A stretch of 64,000 bases of DNA from Piedraia hortae CBS 480.64 (Eukaryota). The position numbers and the translations under genes were made by a program. The stretch is taken from the NCBI GenBank assembly GCA_010093745.1, contig MU005997.1:1-64000 (forward strand), given 5' to 3'. Every line of letters begins with the position of its first letter. Positions within the stretch are counted from its first letter, which is position 1. The notes under the pieces were generated by a model. That model saw nothing but the letters and a program-made list of their open reading frames with translations, made no database searches and had not been told where the DNA came from. Shown here one piece after another: positions 11,564 to 22,403 of the stretch.

Positions 11564-13947
11564 ATGTCTTCACAGCCCACCCGTCAACGGTCGAAGGAGA
11601 AGGTCAAGGATCATAAGGACGATCTCAAAGACCCTGTCAAGTCTGTCAAGAACAAAGTCCCCCACGATGCCGTCCGTAAGGCTGTCCACAGGCAGTCGAG
11701 TGACTGGGACTACCGTCTGACTCTGGTTGTGTTGACCGTTCTCGCCTTTGTAACCCGTTTCTGGGGCATTACGCATCCCGATCAAGTAGTTTTCGACGAG
11801 GTTCACTTTGGCAAGGTATGTGATGAAACATCTTAGCTTATTCCTTGATTAACAAGCAGTTTGCTTCTTACTACCTCCAGAGAACGTACTTTTTTGACGT
11901 TCATCCGCCGTTTGGCAAGCTTCTGTTTGCATTGGCTGGCTGGTTGGTTGGCTACGATGGGTCGTTCCTGTTCGAGAACATTGGAGACTCGTACATTGCC
12001 AACAAGGTGCCCTATGTGGCCTACCGCTCCATGCCGGCTATGATGGGCTCCCTGACCGTCTCCGTTGTCTTTTGGATCATGTGGGAGTCTGGCTACAGCC
12101 TTCCCGCCTGCATCGTAGCTGCTGGACTTGTCCTGTTTGACAATGCTCACGTTGGCCAGACTCGTCTGATACTGCTAGATGCCACCCTGGTGCTGTTCAT
12201 GGCGCTCAGCATCCTGTGCTATATTCGCTTCTACAAGCTCAGACACCGTGCGTTTGACCGCAAGTGGTGGAAGTGGCTGCTCTTGACGGGCATCAGCATG
12301 TCGTGTGTCATCAGCACCAAATACGTTGGTGCTTTCACCTTCTTTTCCATTGGGGTTCCTGTAGCCATTGATCTATGGGATCTCCTAGACGTCAAGCGGA
12401 AAGGCGGCGCTCTCACGATGCCCGAGTTCCTCAATCACTTTGGTGCCCGCGTTCTCGGCTTGATTGTCGTGCCTTTCCTGGTCTATCTTTTCTGGTTTCA
12501 GGTGCATTTTGCCATTCTTACCCGCTCTGGACCCGGAGATGACTTTATGACGCCCGAATTCCAGCAAACGCTCTCAGACAACCTCATGTCCAAGCAATCG
12601 GTCGGCATCGAGTACTTTGACAACATTGTCATGCGTCATCGTGAAACCAAGGTTTACCTGCACTCTCATCCTGACAGGTATCCGCTTCGGTACGACGATG
12701 GTCGTATCTCGTCTCAGGGCCAGCAGGTTACGGGCTACCCGCACAACGATACCAACAACCTGTGGCAGGTCATCCCGAGCCAGGCATTGCAAGGCACGGG
12801 ACACGCAGTGAAGAACAATGATGTTGTTCGTTTCCGTCATATCGTAACCGATACCTGGCTACTGACACACGACGTTGCCTCGCCATCGATGCCCACCAAT
12901 CAGGAGTTTACCACGGTCAGCGAGGAGGATGCCAATGGACCTCGCTACAACGATACCCTCTTTGAGATTCGCATCGAGAACGGCAAGGCGGGCCAGCAGT
13001 TTAAAACCATGGCCTCGCACTTTAAGCTGATCCATGTGCCTACCAAAGTCGCCATGTGGACCCATCCGACTATTCCGGCACTCCCCGAGTGGGGCTACAA
13101 ACAGGCCGAAATCAACGGCAACAAGAACATTTTGCAATCTACCAACATCTGGTATGTCGAGGAGATTCCCGGTCTTGACCCCAACAGCCCGCGGCTGGTC
13201 AAGGAAGAACGCAAGATCAAGACGATGCCTTTTCTCCGCAAATACATTGAACTGCAAAGAGCCATGTTCTTCCACAACAATGCGCTGACGAGCAGTCATC
13301 CGTACGCGTCTGTTCCCATCCAGTGGCCTTTTCTGCTTCGCGGAGTCAGCTTCTGGACCGACAACGATACGCGACGTCAGATATATTTTCTCGGTAACCC
13401 AATTGGCTGGTGGTTTGCCAGTTCCCTGCTTGCCGTTCTCGCTGGGGTAATGATGGCTGACCAAGTGTCTGTGAGACGTGGCATTGATGCGCTTGATACG
13501 AGTAAGTCTTTCGAAATCTCTCCTTTCGTCTGATCGATTGACAATTTAGGAACCCGCAAACGCCTCTACAACAGTACCGGCTTCTTCTTCCTGCTCTGGG
13601 CTGCTCATTACCTTCCCTTTTTCATCATGGGCCGTCAGCTGTTCCTGCACCACTACTTGCCCGCGCACTTGGCCTCTGCCCTAGTTGCTGGTGCGCTTGT
13701 GGAATTTGTCTTCAACGTTGAAATGGAACCCGAAGAAGAGGGGAAGCCCAGAGCTCGTAGGCCGATCCGCGAGCGCATTGCTGGTCAGTCTCTGTTCGGA
13801 GCCTGGGCAGCGTCTGGCGTCATTCTCGCCGCGGTTATCTGGAGCTTCCTCTTTTTCGCCCCACTGACTTATGGCAAACCGGGACTCACGGTCGACCAGG
13901 TCAACGCTCGGAAATGGCTGAATTACGATTATCACTTTGCCAAGTAA
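11564..13947 (+). CDS. PMT4: Dolichyl-phosphate-mannose-protein O-mannosyltransferase (PMT4 subfamily), 3 exons
   Basis: VVFDEVHFGK|FASYYLQRTYFFDVHPPFGKLL, MIR domains, GRQLFLHHYLPAHL. Introns 11816-11859 and 13502-13549. Confidence 0.93.
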
Positions 13948-14016
13948 ATCCGGGAAGAAACAGCACCGGACGGCTTGTATGTTATGTTGTAGTTGTCGTT
14001 GCATGGTCCTAATACT

Positions 14017-14682
14017 CTATTCGCCTCTGAGGCTCCCCGCCCGTCCAAGGTACTTTATCACTCTCAGCGCCAACAAATCTTCATCGTCGGCCTGTTTCTC
14101 AATCATTAGATGATAGATTCCCTTGCTTTTATTCCGGGCCTCGGCATGTAAGAACCGACAATTGTTTCCATGACTGCACCTCCCATTCTTGAGATAAGAC
14201 AGACACATGGTCTTCTCTGGCATCTTAGCGGAAATCACCTCAGGCGGCCCATCAGAATCTTCCACCTTCTCCGTAACCAACTCATTCCCTTTTAGATAAC
14301 CGTTCAACCTCCCATTAGCCAAAGTAAGATACTCCCTCCTCTCCTCTGCCTCCCTCTTCTTCTCTTCCTTCTTCTGTTCGATCCGTTCCCTCGTCGCGAA
14401 ATTCCTCTTCCGCTCCTCGACAAACTCATCTATAGCCCGCGGTGTCGTAAGCGATCTAATGAGCAACTCATTCTCGAGAGGGACATTTTCCGCGAGTAAG
14501 AGGCTTGATTCTTCATCTGATATGGATGAAGATGGGGAAGAAGGCTCCTGAGGCTCGGCTTCACCTCTCGGGGTAAGACCTAATGCATTTGGTCTAGGTT
14601 TCTTAATTGGAAAAGCACCGAATCGGGGGACAGCGGGTGCTGTTTGCACCTTGCGCTTTCTATTTTGGGGTTGAAAGGGCAT
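14017..14682 (-). CDS. NUFIP1/Rsa1-like snoRNP assembly factor with CCCH zinc finger
   Basis: IDEFVEERKRNFATRERIEQK resembles the NUFIP1 motif (I..W..ERKK..PT). CLSYLKNGRCSHGNNCRFLH is a C-x8-C-x5-C-x3-H finger. Confidence 0.7.
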   Translation of the reverse strand: MPFQPQNRKRKVQTAPAVPRFGAFPIKKPRPNALGLTPRGEAEPQEPSSPSSSISDEESSLLLAENVPLENELLIRSLTTPRAIDEFVEERKRNFATRERIEQKKEEKKREAEERREYLTLANGRLNGYLKGNELVTEKVEDSDGPPEVISAKMPEKTMCLSYLKNGRCSHGNNCRFLHAEARNKSKGIYHLMIEKQADDEDLLALRVIKYLGRAGSLRGE

Positions 14683-14811
14683 GGTGTTAACCCATCCTGC
14701 AAGTGCACCACCACACTTCAGATATATCTCGCGCGCACGGACTATTTAGTCACGCACACACAATAAACACACTTCCCCGTAGCGGAGCTACACCCCACAT
14801 AAACCCCCAAA

Positions 14812-15513
14812 ATGTACACCCTAGCGACCATATCCGACACGATTGAGATCCCACCTGGTTCTCTCCCGAAGCTCCCAATCCTCAACATCGAATACTCCAT
14901 CAACAAAAAATACGCAGACAAAGTCCTACCCTCAGTGGGACTATGCGTGGGCTTCCACTCTCTCGTAAAACCACACATTGCAGACGGAAGCATAAGCACC
15001 CGCAACGGATCCGTGTACGTATCCGTGACCTTTCGGTTGGTCGTCTTCCGTCCATTTAAGGGCGAGGTTGTTTACGCGAAACTGCAGCATTCGTCGCCTA
15101 TGGGTGTGTTCATGTCTATGTTCTTTTATAATGACCTCATCGTGCCGAGGCATTTGCTTTTCGAAGGGACGGGGTGGGAGACGGATGAGGAGGGGAGGAA
15201 TGTTTTTGTTTGGAGGACGGAAGGGTCCGAGGAGGGGATTTATTTTGATGAAGGGGAGATTTGTATGGTTAGGGTTGATGCTGAGGTTTGGAAGGATTTG
15301 GACCCGAGGCTTAGAGGGACCGGGGAGTTGGCAAAGGATGCGTTTGGGTTGGTCCCGTCGCCGTATAGACTTGTGGGGAGTATGCAGCAGACGGGACTGG
15401 GTCCCACGTTGTGGTGGTGTGGGGAGGAGGGGAATGGGCAGGAGGCACCCGAGGAGGAAGAAGACGAGGATGACGAAGAGGATGAGGAGGAGGGGGATGA
15501 TAGTTTCTCGTAA
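14812..15513 (+). CDS. RPC25: RNA polymerase III subunit Rpc25/RPC8
   Basis: INKKYADKVLPSVGLC, VTFRLVVFRPFKGEV, SMQQTGLGPTLWW; acidic tail. Confidence 0.9.
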   Translation: MYTLATISDTIEIPPGSLPKLPILNIEYSINKKYADKVLPSVGLCVGFHSLVKPHIADGSISTRNGSVYVSVTFRLVVFRPFKGEVVYAKLQHSSPMGVFMSMFFYNDLIVPRHLLFEGTGWETDEEGRNVFVWRTEGSEEGIYFDEGEICMVRVDAEVWKDLDPRLRGTGELAKDAFGLVPSPYRLVGSMQQTGLGPTLWWCGEEGNGQEAPEEEEDEDDEEDEEEGDDSFS

Positions 15514-15542
15514 ACGTGTGGTTATACGTCTATACCCTACAG

Positions 15543-15989
15543 CTAAATGTTTTCGTGGAGATGTTCGTGGAAGATCGACGAGCGGCCGGAGCGGACCGAA
15601 GTAGGACGTGGTGGGCTCTGGCTAATTTGCTGCGTCTGATTTACGGTGGTTGGTTGCTGCGTTGGCTGCATTGGCTGCATTGGCTGCATATTGGATGGAA
15701 GTGGTTTTCTTGCTGGTTCTTGTTCTGGAGGTTCTTGCCTGTCCATCGGGACTTGGAATGACGGTGTTGCTGCGGTTTCTGTAGGCTTGGTCCTCTTTCG
15801 TCGACGGTAGCAAAGGAAAATTGCCAGTAGGATAATCACTAGGACGACTAACCCACCCACAACCCCACCAGCAATGACGCCGATCCGACGTTTGTTGTGT
15901 CCCGCATCGTCAGGAACGTACGTGTTGTAATAATGTTCGCCATCCCCATCATCGCTGCTGCCTGCTGTAGTTCCGAACGTGTTCGACAT
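15543..15989 (-). CDS. Small single-pass membrane protein (GGVVGG transmembrane helix followed by a basic stretch)
   Basis: IGVIAGGVVGGLVVLVIILLAIFLCYRRRKR; Pro/Gln-rich tail with MQP repeats. True start is uncertain. Confidence 0.7.
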   Translation of the reverse strand: MSNTFGTTAGSSDDGDGEHYYNTYVPDDAGHNKRRIGVIAGGVVGGLVVLVIILLAIFLCYRRRKRTKPTETAATPSFQVPMDRQEPPEQEPARKPLPSNMQPMQPMQPTQQPTTVNQTQQISQSPPRPTSVRSGRSSIFHEHLHENI

Positions 15990-16129
15990 TGTGAGTGCCC
16001 TCGATAGAGAGTAACAGTGTCTGAATTGATATCCGTCAAAGAACAAATCCGGACTTGGATGCACAAAGATCTGGTTTGGAACAAAAGACTTTGTCCACAT
16101 CGTGATCTCATAATGTTTATATGGTGGTA

Positions 16130-17422
16130 TTACAACTCTTCGTGGAATAGTTTTTCCTTGCTGTCAGTCGCAGTCTCTTTGGCCTGCGCAGCCTCGCCTG
16201 TTCTTTGTTCAGTCTCCGACTCCGTCTCAGCCACCGCCGCTGTCTCTGTGTCCTTGTCGTCTGTCGCCTGCTCTTTGTCGTCTTCCCCAACATCAATCGG
16301 TTCGTCACCCAAAACAGCACGATATTCCCTACCCTCTGGGGTATCATAGACCTCCAAAGTCCAACCTTGTCCGTTGGCCAACTTCTCCAGCCGCTCAGCT
16401 AGGAGATCCACTTCTTTCCGGTTTCCAAGCCCCTTACGATCTAATTCCTTCGCAGACATGCGGAGGCCCCCACTAGTAGCGACTGTGTCGATGTATTTCT
16501 CTCTCCCCCCACCTACAATTGCCGATTTCTCAATCTTGACACCCTTGGGAATGAGCACGCGGCCGCCGACTTTGATGTCAGCTATGTAATCATTTGGTGA
16601 GTGATCAGTGTCTACTTCGGCCGCTTTCGTGTCGGTCTCTTTCAACTTAGGTCTATAGTCTTTGGGGGTGCAGGTGATGGTATTCGGTCGATGTTGCTGA
16701 GCAGGCAAAAAGGCCACATCGTTACAGAGACGCGGGGTTTGGACGACCATGAGATAAGAGCAGATGCTAATCTCTTTGATCAAAGCGATCCGGTCGGCCG
16801 ATTGTGGGTTACAGTGGAACTGAACCTCAATCGTACGAGACTTGGACGTCAAGTCGCATTCTGTGCCTCCGTCCATGTGTTGGACGAGATAGCGTATTTC
16901 GCCGCGTTGGACGAGCTCTCCGGTCTTTGCAGCCGGTTTCTGCAGAGCCACGCCGAGTTCATAGGCCTCAACGTTGGGGTCCTCGACGGGCGGGTAGACA
17001 GGCATCCCGCGGATGAAGGGTTTCTGGTGGAACTGTCTGACGCTCTTGCCGTAGCAGAATTTGTAAGACCACCATCCCGATACGTAATAGATGCAATGGC
17101 CCTTCATGCCATCTAGAAGCTCCCAGCCGCGATCCGTTGCGCGCGCGAGTTCCTTCTCCTGCTCCGCCTTGTCTGTCGTCTCGTTCGCGCCCGCCGCACC
17201 AGACGCCTTCACCACGGGTATCTCACACTTGTATTTTCGTCCATCCAGCATCATCTGCTCTTGGGCAGACTCACCTTCCCGGCCGGTTGTCTCCTCGGCG
17301 TCGGGGGGATTGTCCAGCAGATGGACTTCATATTGTGGGAATGCGAGCAAATCTTCATGGACGCGAAAGGCCAACGCAGGCCCCAGGCTAAGAGCGACCA
17401 ACAGCTGCGACAGACACTTCAT
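16130..17422 (-). CDS. YOS9: ER lectin Yos9/OS-9 (MRH/PRKCSH domain)
   Basis: Signal peptide, CIYYVSGWWSYKFCY, GTECDLT..RTIEVQFHC, CSYLMVVQTPRLC, C-terminal HEEL ER-retrieval signal. Confidence 0.9.
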   Translation of the reverse strand: MKCLSQLLVALSLGPALAFRVHEDLLAFPQYEVHLLDNPPDAEETTGREGESAQEQMMLDGRKYKCEIPVVKASGAAGANETTDKAEQEKELARATDRGWELLDGMKGHCIYYVSGWWSYKFCYGKSVRQFHQKPFIRGMPVYPPVEDPNVEAYELGVALQKPAAKTGELVQRGEIRYLVQHMDGGTECDLTSKSRTIEVQFHCNPQSADRIALIKEISICSYLMVVQTPRLCNDVAFLPAQQHRPNTITCTPKDYRPKLKETDTKAAEVDTDHSPNDYIADIKVGGRVLIPKGVKIEKSAIVGGGREKYIDTVATSGGLRMSAKELDRKGLGNRKEVDLLAERLEKLANGQGWTLEVYDTPEGREYRAVLGDEPIDVGEDDKEQATDDKDTETAAVAETESETEQRTGEAAQAKETATDSKEKLFHEEL

Positions 17423-17585
17423 GCTGCTCAGTCCTCATGGCCGTGGTGACTTTAGCTGTCTGTTCTAAATATAGGCATATGTCGGCTCGCGCTAGTGTCA
17501 TCTGGGCTAGCCGCTGCTCAATGGCCAATCAGCCAAGGCAGCAATTATTTCGTTATCATACACGTACATAAAGCTCATTATGTGA

Positions 17586-18248
17586 TCATGAAGGAACTGC
17601 ATCTCCCCCGTTTTTCGGCCTCCATTCCGAAACCAAAATATCTGGCGGCCTTTGCTCTCCTTCCTCCTTCTTCTCCATCTCCCTCCCCAATACCGTTCCC
17701 ACAAGTCTGCTCTCGTCTCCCGTCTTTGCAAACTTTTTCCTTAACGCGCAAAGGAAATCATCCCCCGACGGTACCGGCTGTCCACGCTTGAGCTGTGAAG
17801 TCCCACCAACCGCTGCATTCGGGTCTGTAACCATGCCGGCGATACGTCGGGCTTCTGCAAACTGTGGTCCATCAAACCACTGAATAAAGTCTCTGACGCC
17901 ACGCAGATCGGCCTTATCTTCTTCTTGTTGTTTGCGCGGGAGGTCAGGCTGGGCGGGCCCTCGCAGCCGCTCCGCCCAGGCTTCTTCGGCAGCGCTGGCC
18001 GCAACTGGCCGGATTGCCCCGCAGTCTGTGAGCGCTAGGCGTACGTCTGTGAGGTTGGCCTCGCGTGGGAGTGGGGAGGAGGCGGTGTAGGCGGCAGTTG
18101 TGGATGCGAGGAGGGACAGGTAGCGCTCGGCGAGGTCCGTCAACGTGTCGAGCACCGTTGGCTTGGTGCTGTGAAATCCAGCGGCGCGGAGAGTGTATAT
18201 AACCGCTGGTCGTAGCAGTGCGCGGTGCAGATCCCGTTCTTGCGACAT
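17586..18248 (-). CDS. Bromodomain-associated (Bromo_TP) histone-fold protein, TAF3-like
   Basis: LLRPAVIYTLRAAGFHSTKPTVLDTLTDLAERYL..LTDVRLALTDCG histone-fold motif. Confidence 0.75.
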   Translation of the reverse strand: MSQERDLHRALLRPAVIYTLRAAGFHSTKPTVLDTLTDLAERYLSLLASTTAAYTASSPLPREANLTDVRLALTDCGAIRPVAASAAEEAWAERLRGPAQPDLPRKQQEEDKADLRGVRDFIQWFDGPQFAEARRIAGMVTDPNAAVGGTSQLKRGQPVPSGDDFLCALRKKFAKTGDESRLVGTVLGREMEKKEEGEQRPPDILVSEWRPKNGGDAVPS

Positions 18249-18447
18249 GTTTGAGGTGGAACGTTTCGAAACTCAGATATTTTGGTCGCCGGAGAATTCC
18301 CCGCGCTAGTCAAACTCTATCTGCGCCCAGCCACGTGGTGATGCAGATCTAAAGCCGCAAGACGTCATCAGTGTTTCCACTTGTGTTAGTTATGCAATAC
18401 CTGTGTAGATGATAACCAACTCTAAACGATTCTTCCGGTAACTTTCC

Positions 18448-19518
18448 CTAGCTCCGAGAAATGTAATCCTCTATCATTTGTGCAATCTCAATATGCCCAT
18501 GTTCGACTGCCACTTGTTGCGGAGTTAGGCCGCAACCGTTTTTGAGGCTTGTATTGGCACCGCGTTCTAATAAACGAGCCACCGACCGCGTGTGTCCACA
18601 AACAGCGGCACAATGTAGTGGCGTGCTACCGTCTGCCATCAAGTGGTCAACGTCGGCTCCCGCGTCCAGCAATATGTCGAGAACATCAGGCCTTTGGGGC
18701 CAAACGGTCCAGTGAATGGCCGCAGCGCCTATAAACGAAATGATGGATAGGTTCGGCTCGTGGCTCAGGATTAGCTTGACCATCTCCTTCGACGCGTATC
18801 GAACGGCGTACATCAGTGGAGTGGTGTTGTAAGCGTTCAAACTGTCTACATTGGAGCCCATTTTTAGTAACCATCTCACCAATTCGATGTTGTTCTCCCG
18901 CACAGCCATGTGGAGCGGCGAGCAAGTCGAGATGTGGCTGCTTACGTTAAGGGTGGCGCCATACAGAAGCAGCAGCTCCATTGCATCCTTGTGTCCATGT
19001 TTTGCAGCTCCAGCCAAGGGGCATAATCGCCCGGATTTGGCCGGTCTAAAAGAATCATATAGCCCCGTGACGATGGTGCCAGAGTCAACGGGCGCCCCTT
19101 GACGCACAAGCATGTCTATGCGATAAAGATCGCCCTCGCAGGCGGCTTCGTACAGTTCATCGGCCATCCGGTTCTTGGCTTTGGCAGAAAGCTTTCCAAA
19201 TGAGGACCTGAAGGCACCTGGGGACGTTGGAGGGCTCCATGATGATGTGGCTTCGTGGAAAGAGGGTACTCGCCAGTTTTCGGTGGGACTGCCAATACCG
19301 CTGTCGACTCTGGCTGAGCGCGGCGTCGCAGGCATCGAGACAGACATGCGGCGGCGGTCGGCAGCGTCTGGATGCCAGAGAGCGGTGGGCGCATCGGCTC
19401 TCAAATGCCGGGCACGTGGAGACCGGGGGTGCAGATCGACATCCAGACGCAGATGACTGGCATCACCATACGCGAAACGCGGGCGCGATCCTGGGCCATG
19501 TTGCTCAGCGTCGCCCAT
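18448..19518 (-). CDS. Ankyrin-repeat protein
   Basis: Multiple ankyrin motifs (SPLHMAV, TPLMYAV, TPLHCAA, TPQQVAV) after a disordered N-terminus. Confidence 0.85.
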   Translation of the reverse strand: MGDAEQHGPGSRPRFAYGDASHLRLDVDLHPRSPRARHLRADAPTALWHPDAADRRRMSVSMPATPRSARVDSGIGSPTENWRVPSFHEATSSWSPPTSPGAFRSSFGKLSAKAKNRMADELYEAACEGDLYRIDMLVRQGAPVDSGTIVTGLYDSFRPAKSGRLCPLAGAAKHGHKDAMELLLLYGATLNVSSHISTCSPLHMAVRENNIELVRWLLKMGSNVDSLNAYNTTPLMYAVRYASKEMVKLILSHEPNLSIISFIGAAAIHWTVWPQRPDVLDILLDAGADVDHLMADGSTPLHCAAVCGHTRSVARLLERGANTSLKNGCGLTPQQVAVEHGHIEIAQMIEDYISRS

Positions 19519-19875
19519 TCCGATGAGGGTTGAACAAGGAGCTTGTACTAGTCCCTTTGACTTCCAAGACCCACGTCCCTAGCGAGCCCAGACCGTTCAT
19601 GGCCTGAGCAACAAGGAATGCGGCCCCATGTCTCTCCTGTGTCCCCGTCAGCTAAAGCGGTGTGCGCCGGCTTTTCAAACACATTTCAATTGGCCGTAGC
19701 AGTGGCTTCGTCAAGCTGATCAGGTCGCACTATCTGCGGAGATGTCCGACGCACATTGCCGCTTTAACGAGGTTCATCTTGTTGTTGCGGACCGCGCTAA
19801 CCCCTTTGGGCTTTAAACATAAAGCAGGTGGGGCACCTCTGCGTCATCACCCCAATGGATACATAAGACACCACA

Positions 19876-20563
19876 ATGAACAGACTGTTTGGAGCAAAGA
19901 GCGCCACGCCCAAGCCCACGCTGAGCAGTGCTATCAGTAATGTTGGTTGAGCCCTCGTAGTTTGTAGCATGTAGGCTGAACTTCCAGGTCGATAGCCGTA
20001 TTGAGAGTATCGATGTCAAGTTGGCCAAGCTGAATGCCGAACTCTCCACCTACCAGCAACGCCTGGCTCGGATGCGCGATGGCCCCGGCAAGAACGCCAT
20101 CAAGCAAAAGGCCATCAAAGTCTTGCAGCAGCGCAAACAGTACGAGGCGCAAAAGGACCAGCTGCAACAGCAGTCGTGGAACATGGAGCAGGCCGCAATG
20201 ATGCAGGACAACCTTGCAAACACAATGGCCACGGTCGACGCTATGAAAACTACGCAAAAGTCCCTGCGGAAGCAATACGGCAAGGTCAGCATTGACCAGA
20301 TTGAGCGTATGCAGGACGATATGGCTGACCTCATGGATGTCGGAAATGAGATCCAGGCGAGCATCAGTCGAAGCTATGACGTTCCGGAGGATGTAGACGA
20401 GGCCGAGCTGGATGCTGAACTCGAAGCTCTGGGCGAGGAAGTCGAGCTTGGAGGTTTAGGCATGGACGATGCTGTCCCCAGCTACCTGCAGGACATTACC
20501 GCGGCGCCCTCGTTCATAGATGAAGCACCGGACCACACTGGAGTGAAGGAGGCGGCAGCATAA
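19876..20563 (+). CDS. VPS60: ESCRT-III subunit Vps60/CHMP5 (Snf7 family), 2 exons
   Basis: MNRLFGAKSATPKPTLSSAISN|VDSRIESIDVK..QQQSWNMEQA..SRSYDVPEDVDEAELDAEL. Intron ~19942-19988. Confidence 0.92.
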
Positions 20564-20849
20564 TGTTTCATGCTGGAGCCATTGAGAAAGCAATGAATCC
20601 TTTGGCGAGCGCCACGAACATCCTACCATAACGCGCTTATAATCACTCTACCACTTCATGAAACAAAGATTCTTCTGCAGTGTTTTAGTGCCTGTGTGAA
20701 GCCCCGCCAGATCGGTCAAGTGCGCCGGGCCGAGCCGTTTCTGCTGGAGCCTTTACACTGCATTTCCACGTCAATCTGGGGCCTCTTCTCTTCTTTTCGT
20801 TTCCACACAACAACTCATCCAAGGGTAGGTAATCTCCTTATGTCAATGC

Positions 20850-20932
20850 ATGATGAATACACAGCTGGCACCAGGCCGAGAGACTTGTACTCCTATAATG
20901 CGGAAAAGCTGGAGGCTCTGCCTCACCTCTGA
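20850..20932 (+). ncRNA. Putative box C/D snoRNA (18S rRNA 2'-O-methylation guide) in the AHA1 5'UTR intron
   Basis: Box C ATGATGA 20850-20856, antisense GCTGGCACCAG(G) 20864-20875 followed by D'-like CCGA 20876-20879, box D CTGA 20929-20932. Lies inside a GTAGGT(20825)..ACTAAT..TAG(20984) intron. Confidence 0.72.
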
Positions 20933-20991
20933 CCTCAAATCTTGCAATCTTTCCTGTTTTCCAGGCACAGACTAATCAGCATAGGCTCAAA

Positions 20992-22033
20992 ATGGTGTTG
21001 CACAACCCCAACAACTGGCATTGGGTCAATAAAGATGTCTCTTCCTGGACTAACGACTATCTGAGCAAAGATCTTGTAGGCCTCAAAGCCGACGGAGATG
21101 ATGGCACTCACGTCGAAGTCAGCAAATTGCTCAGCATGGACGGCGATGTGGATGTGTCACAGCGTAAAGGCAAGGTTATTACCATCTTTGATGTACGGTT
21201 GCAGCTTGAATGGACGGGAACGCTTCCAGGCGAGAAGGAAGACGACGTCAGCGGTACCATAACCATTCCGGAAGTCGCACACGACACGGATGAGGATGAG
21301 TATGTTGTATGTCTCGGATATCCCGAGGCTGAAGGGAGGATGCTAATTGGTACAGTTCGAGGTAGAAATATACTCTTCGGCCTCGTCAAAGGAACCGGCA
21401 AAGGATCTCGTGCGCAAAGCTCTGACACCGCAAATCCGTAAGCGACTACAGATGCTGGCACCAGCGTTGATATCCGAGCATGGCAAGGATCTTCAGCACC
21501 CGCCCGGTACGGATCCGTCAGCCAACTTCGCAAAGTCTACTGTTTTGCAAAGCTCATCGGTGGCAAAGTCTGGCAACAGGCCAGCTGGCAAGACTGAAAC
21601 GACCTCCTCGGACAATGTCAATGTTACTAAATTCTCCGATACGCAGGAATTCCGCACAACTGCGGAGCAATTGTTTCAAACTTTTACAGACCCGCAAAGG
21701 ATCGCGGCGTTTACCCGAACGCCTCCTACCGTTTTTGAAGGGGCAAAGGAAGGCGCCAAGTTTGAGATCTTCGGAGGCAACGTCTCAGGATCTTTTGTCA
21801 CTCTGGACAAACCAACTCGCATTGATCAAAAGTGGCGTCTAGCACAATGGCCTTCTGGCCATTACAGCCTCCTGAAGCTCAAATTTGAGCAAAACGACGT
21901 TGACGGCGTGACCGTTATGCGCGTTGACTGGGAAGGTGTGCCCGTTGGCGAGGAGGAAACCACCAAACGCAACTGGAATGACTATTATGTACGCAGCATC
22001 AAGACCACGTTTGGTTTTGGCACAGTGCTGTGA
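20992..22033 (+). CDS. AHA1: Hsp90 co-chaperone Aha1, 2 coding exons
   Basis: MVLHNPNNWHWVNKD, GDVDVSQRKGKVITIFD, C-terminal AHSA1 domain ending YYVRSIKTTFGFGTVL. Intron ~21307-21355. Confidence 0.95.
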
Positions 22034-22403
22034 AGCCAGTGCGGTAGAAGCGTAGTTTAGTGTAAGCGTTACGTTTTGATAGATGTCATTGATGTCACCA
22101 TAGGGAAATGACTCTCCTAACACGGCGAGTACGACTTGTTCGTATTCGAGCTGTACTGTTAAGGCTTCAATATTGGGCTGAAAAGTGCAGTACGATGTCC
22201 AGCTCATCTCGTTTCAAATGCCACAAGCCTGGTATAGCTAGAGCAGCCTGGATGGAAAAAGCTGTTGAAGTTGATGTGTGCTAACTGAGTCATGGAGAGA
22301 TTACATACCGCGCCGCTGTTAAAGTTTTCACAGCCACAGGCAGATGAAGATGGCTTCAATATTCATGAATCATTATCAAAACTATCTCATCAACTTATCT
22401 GCA

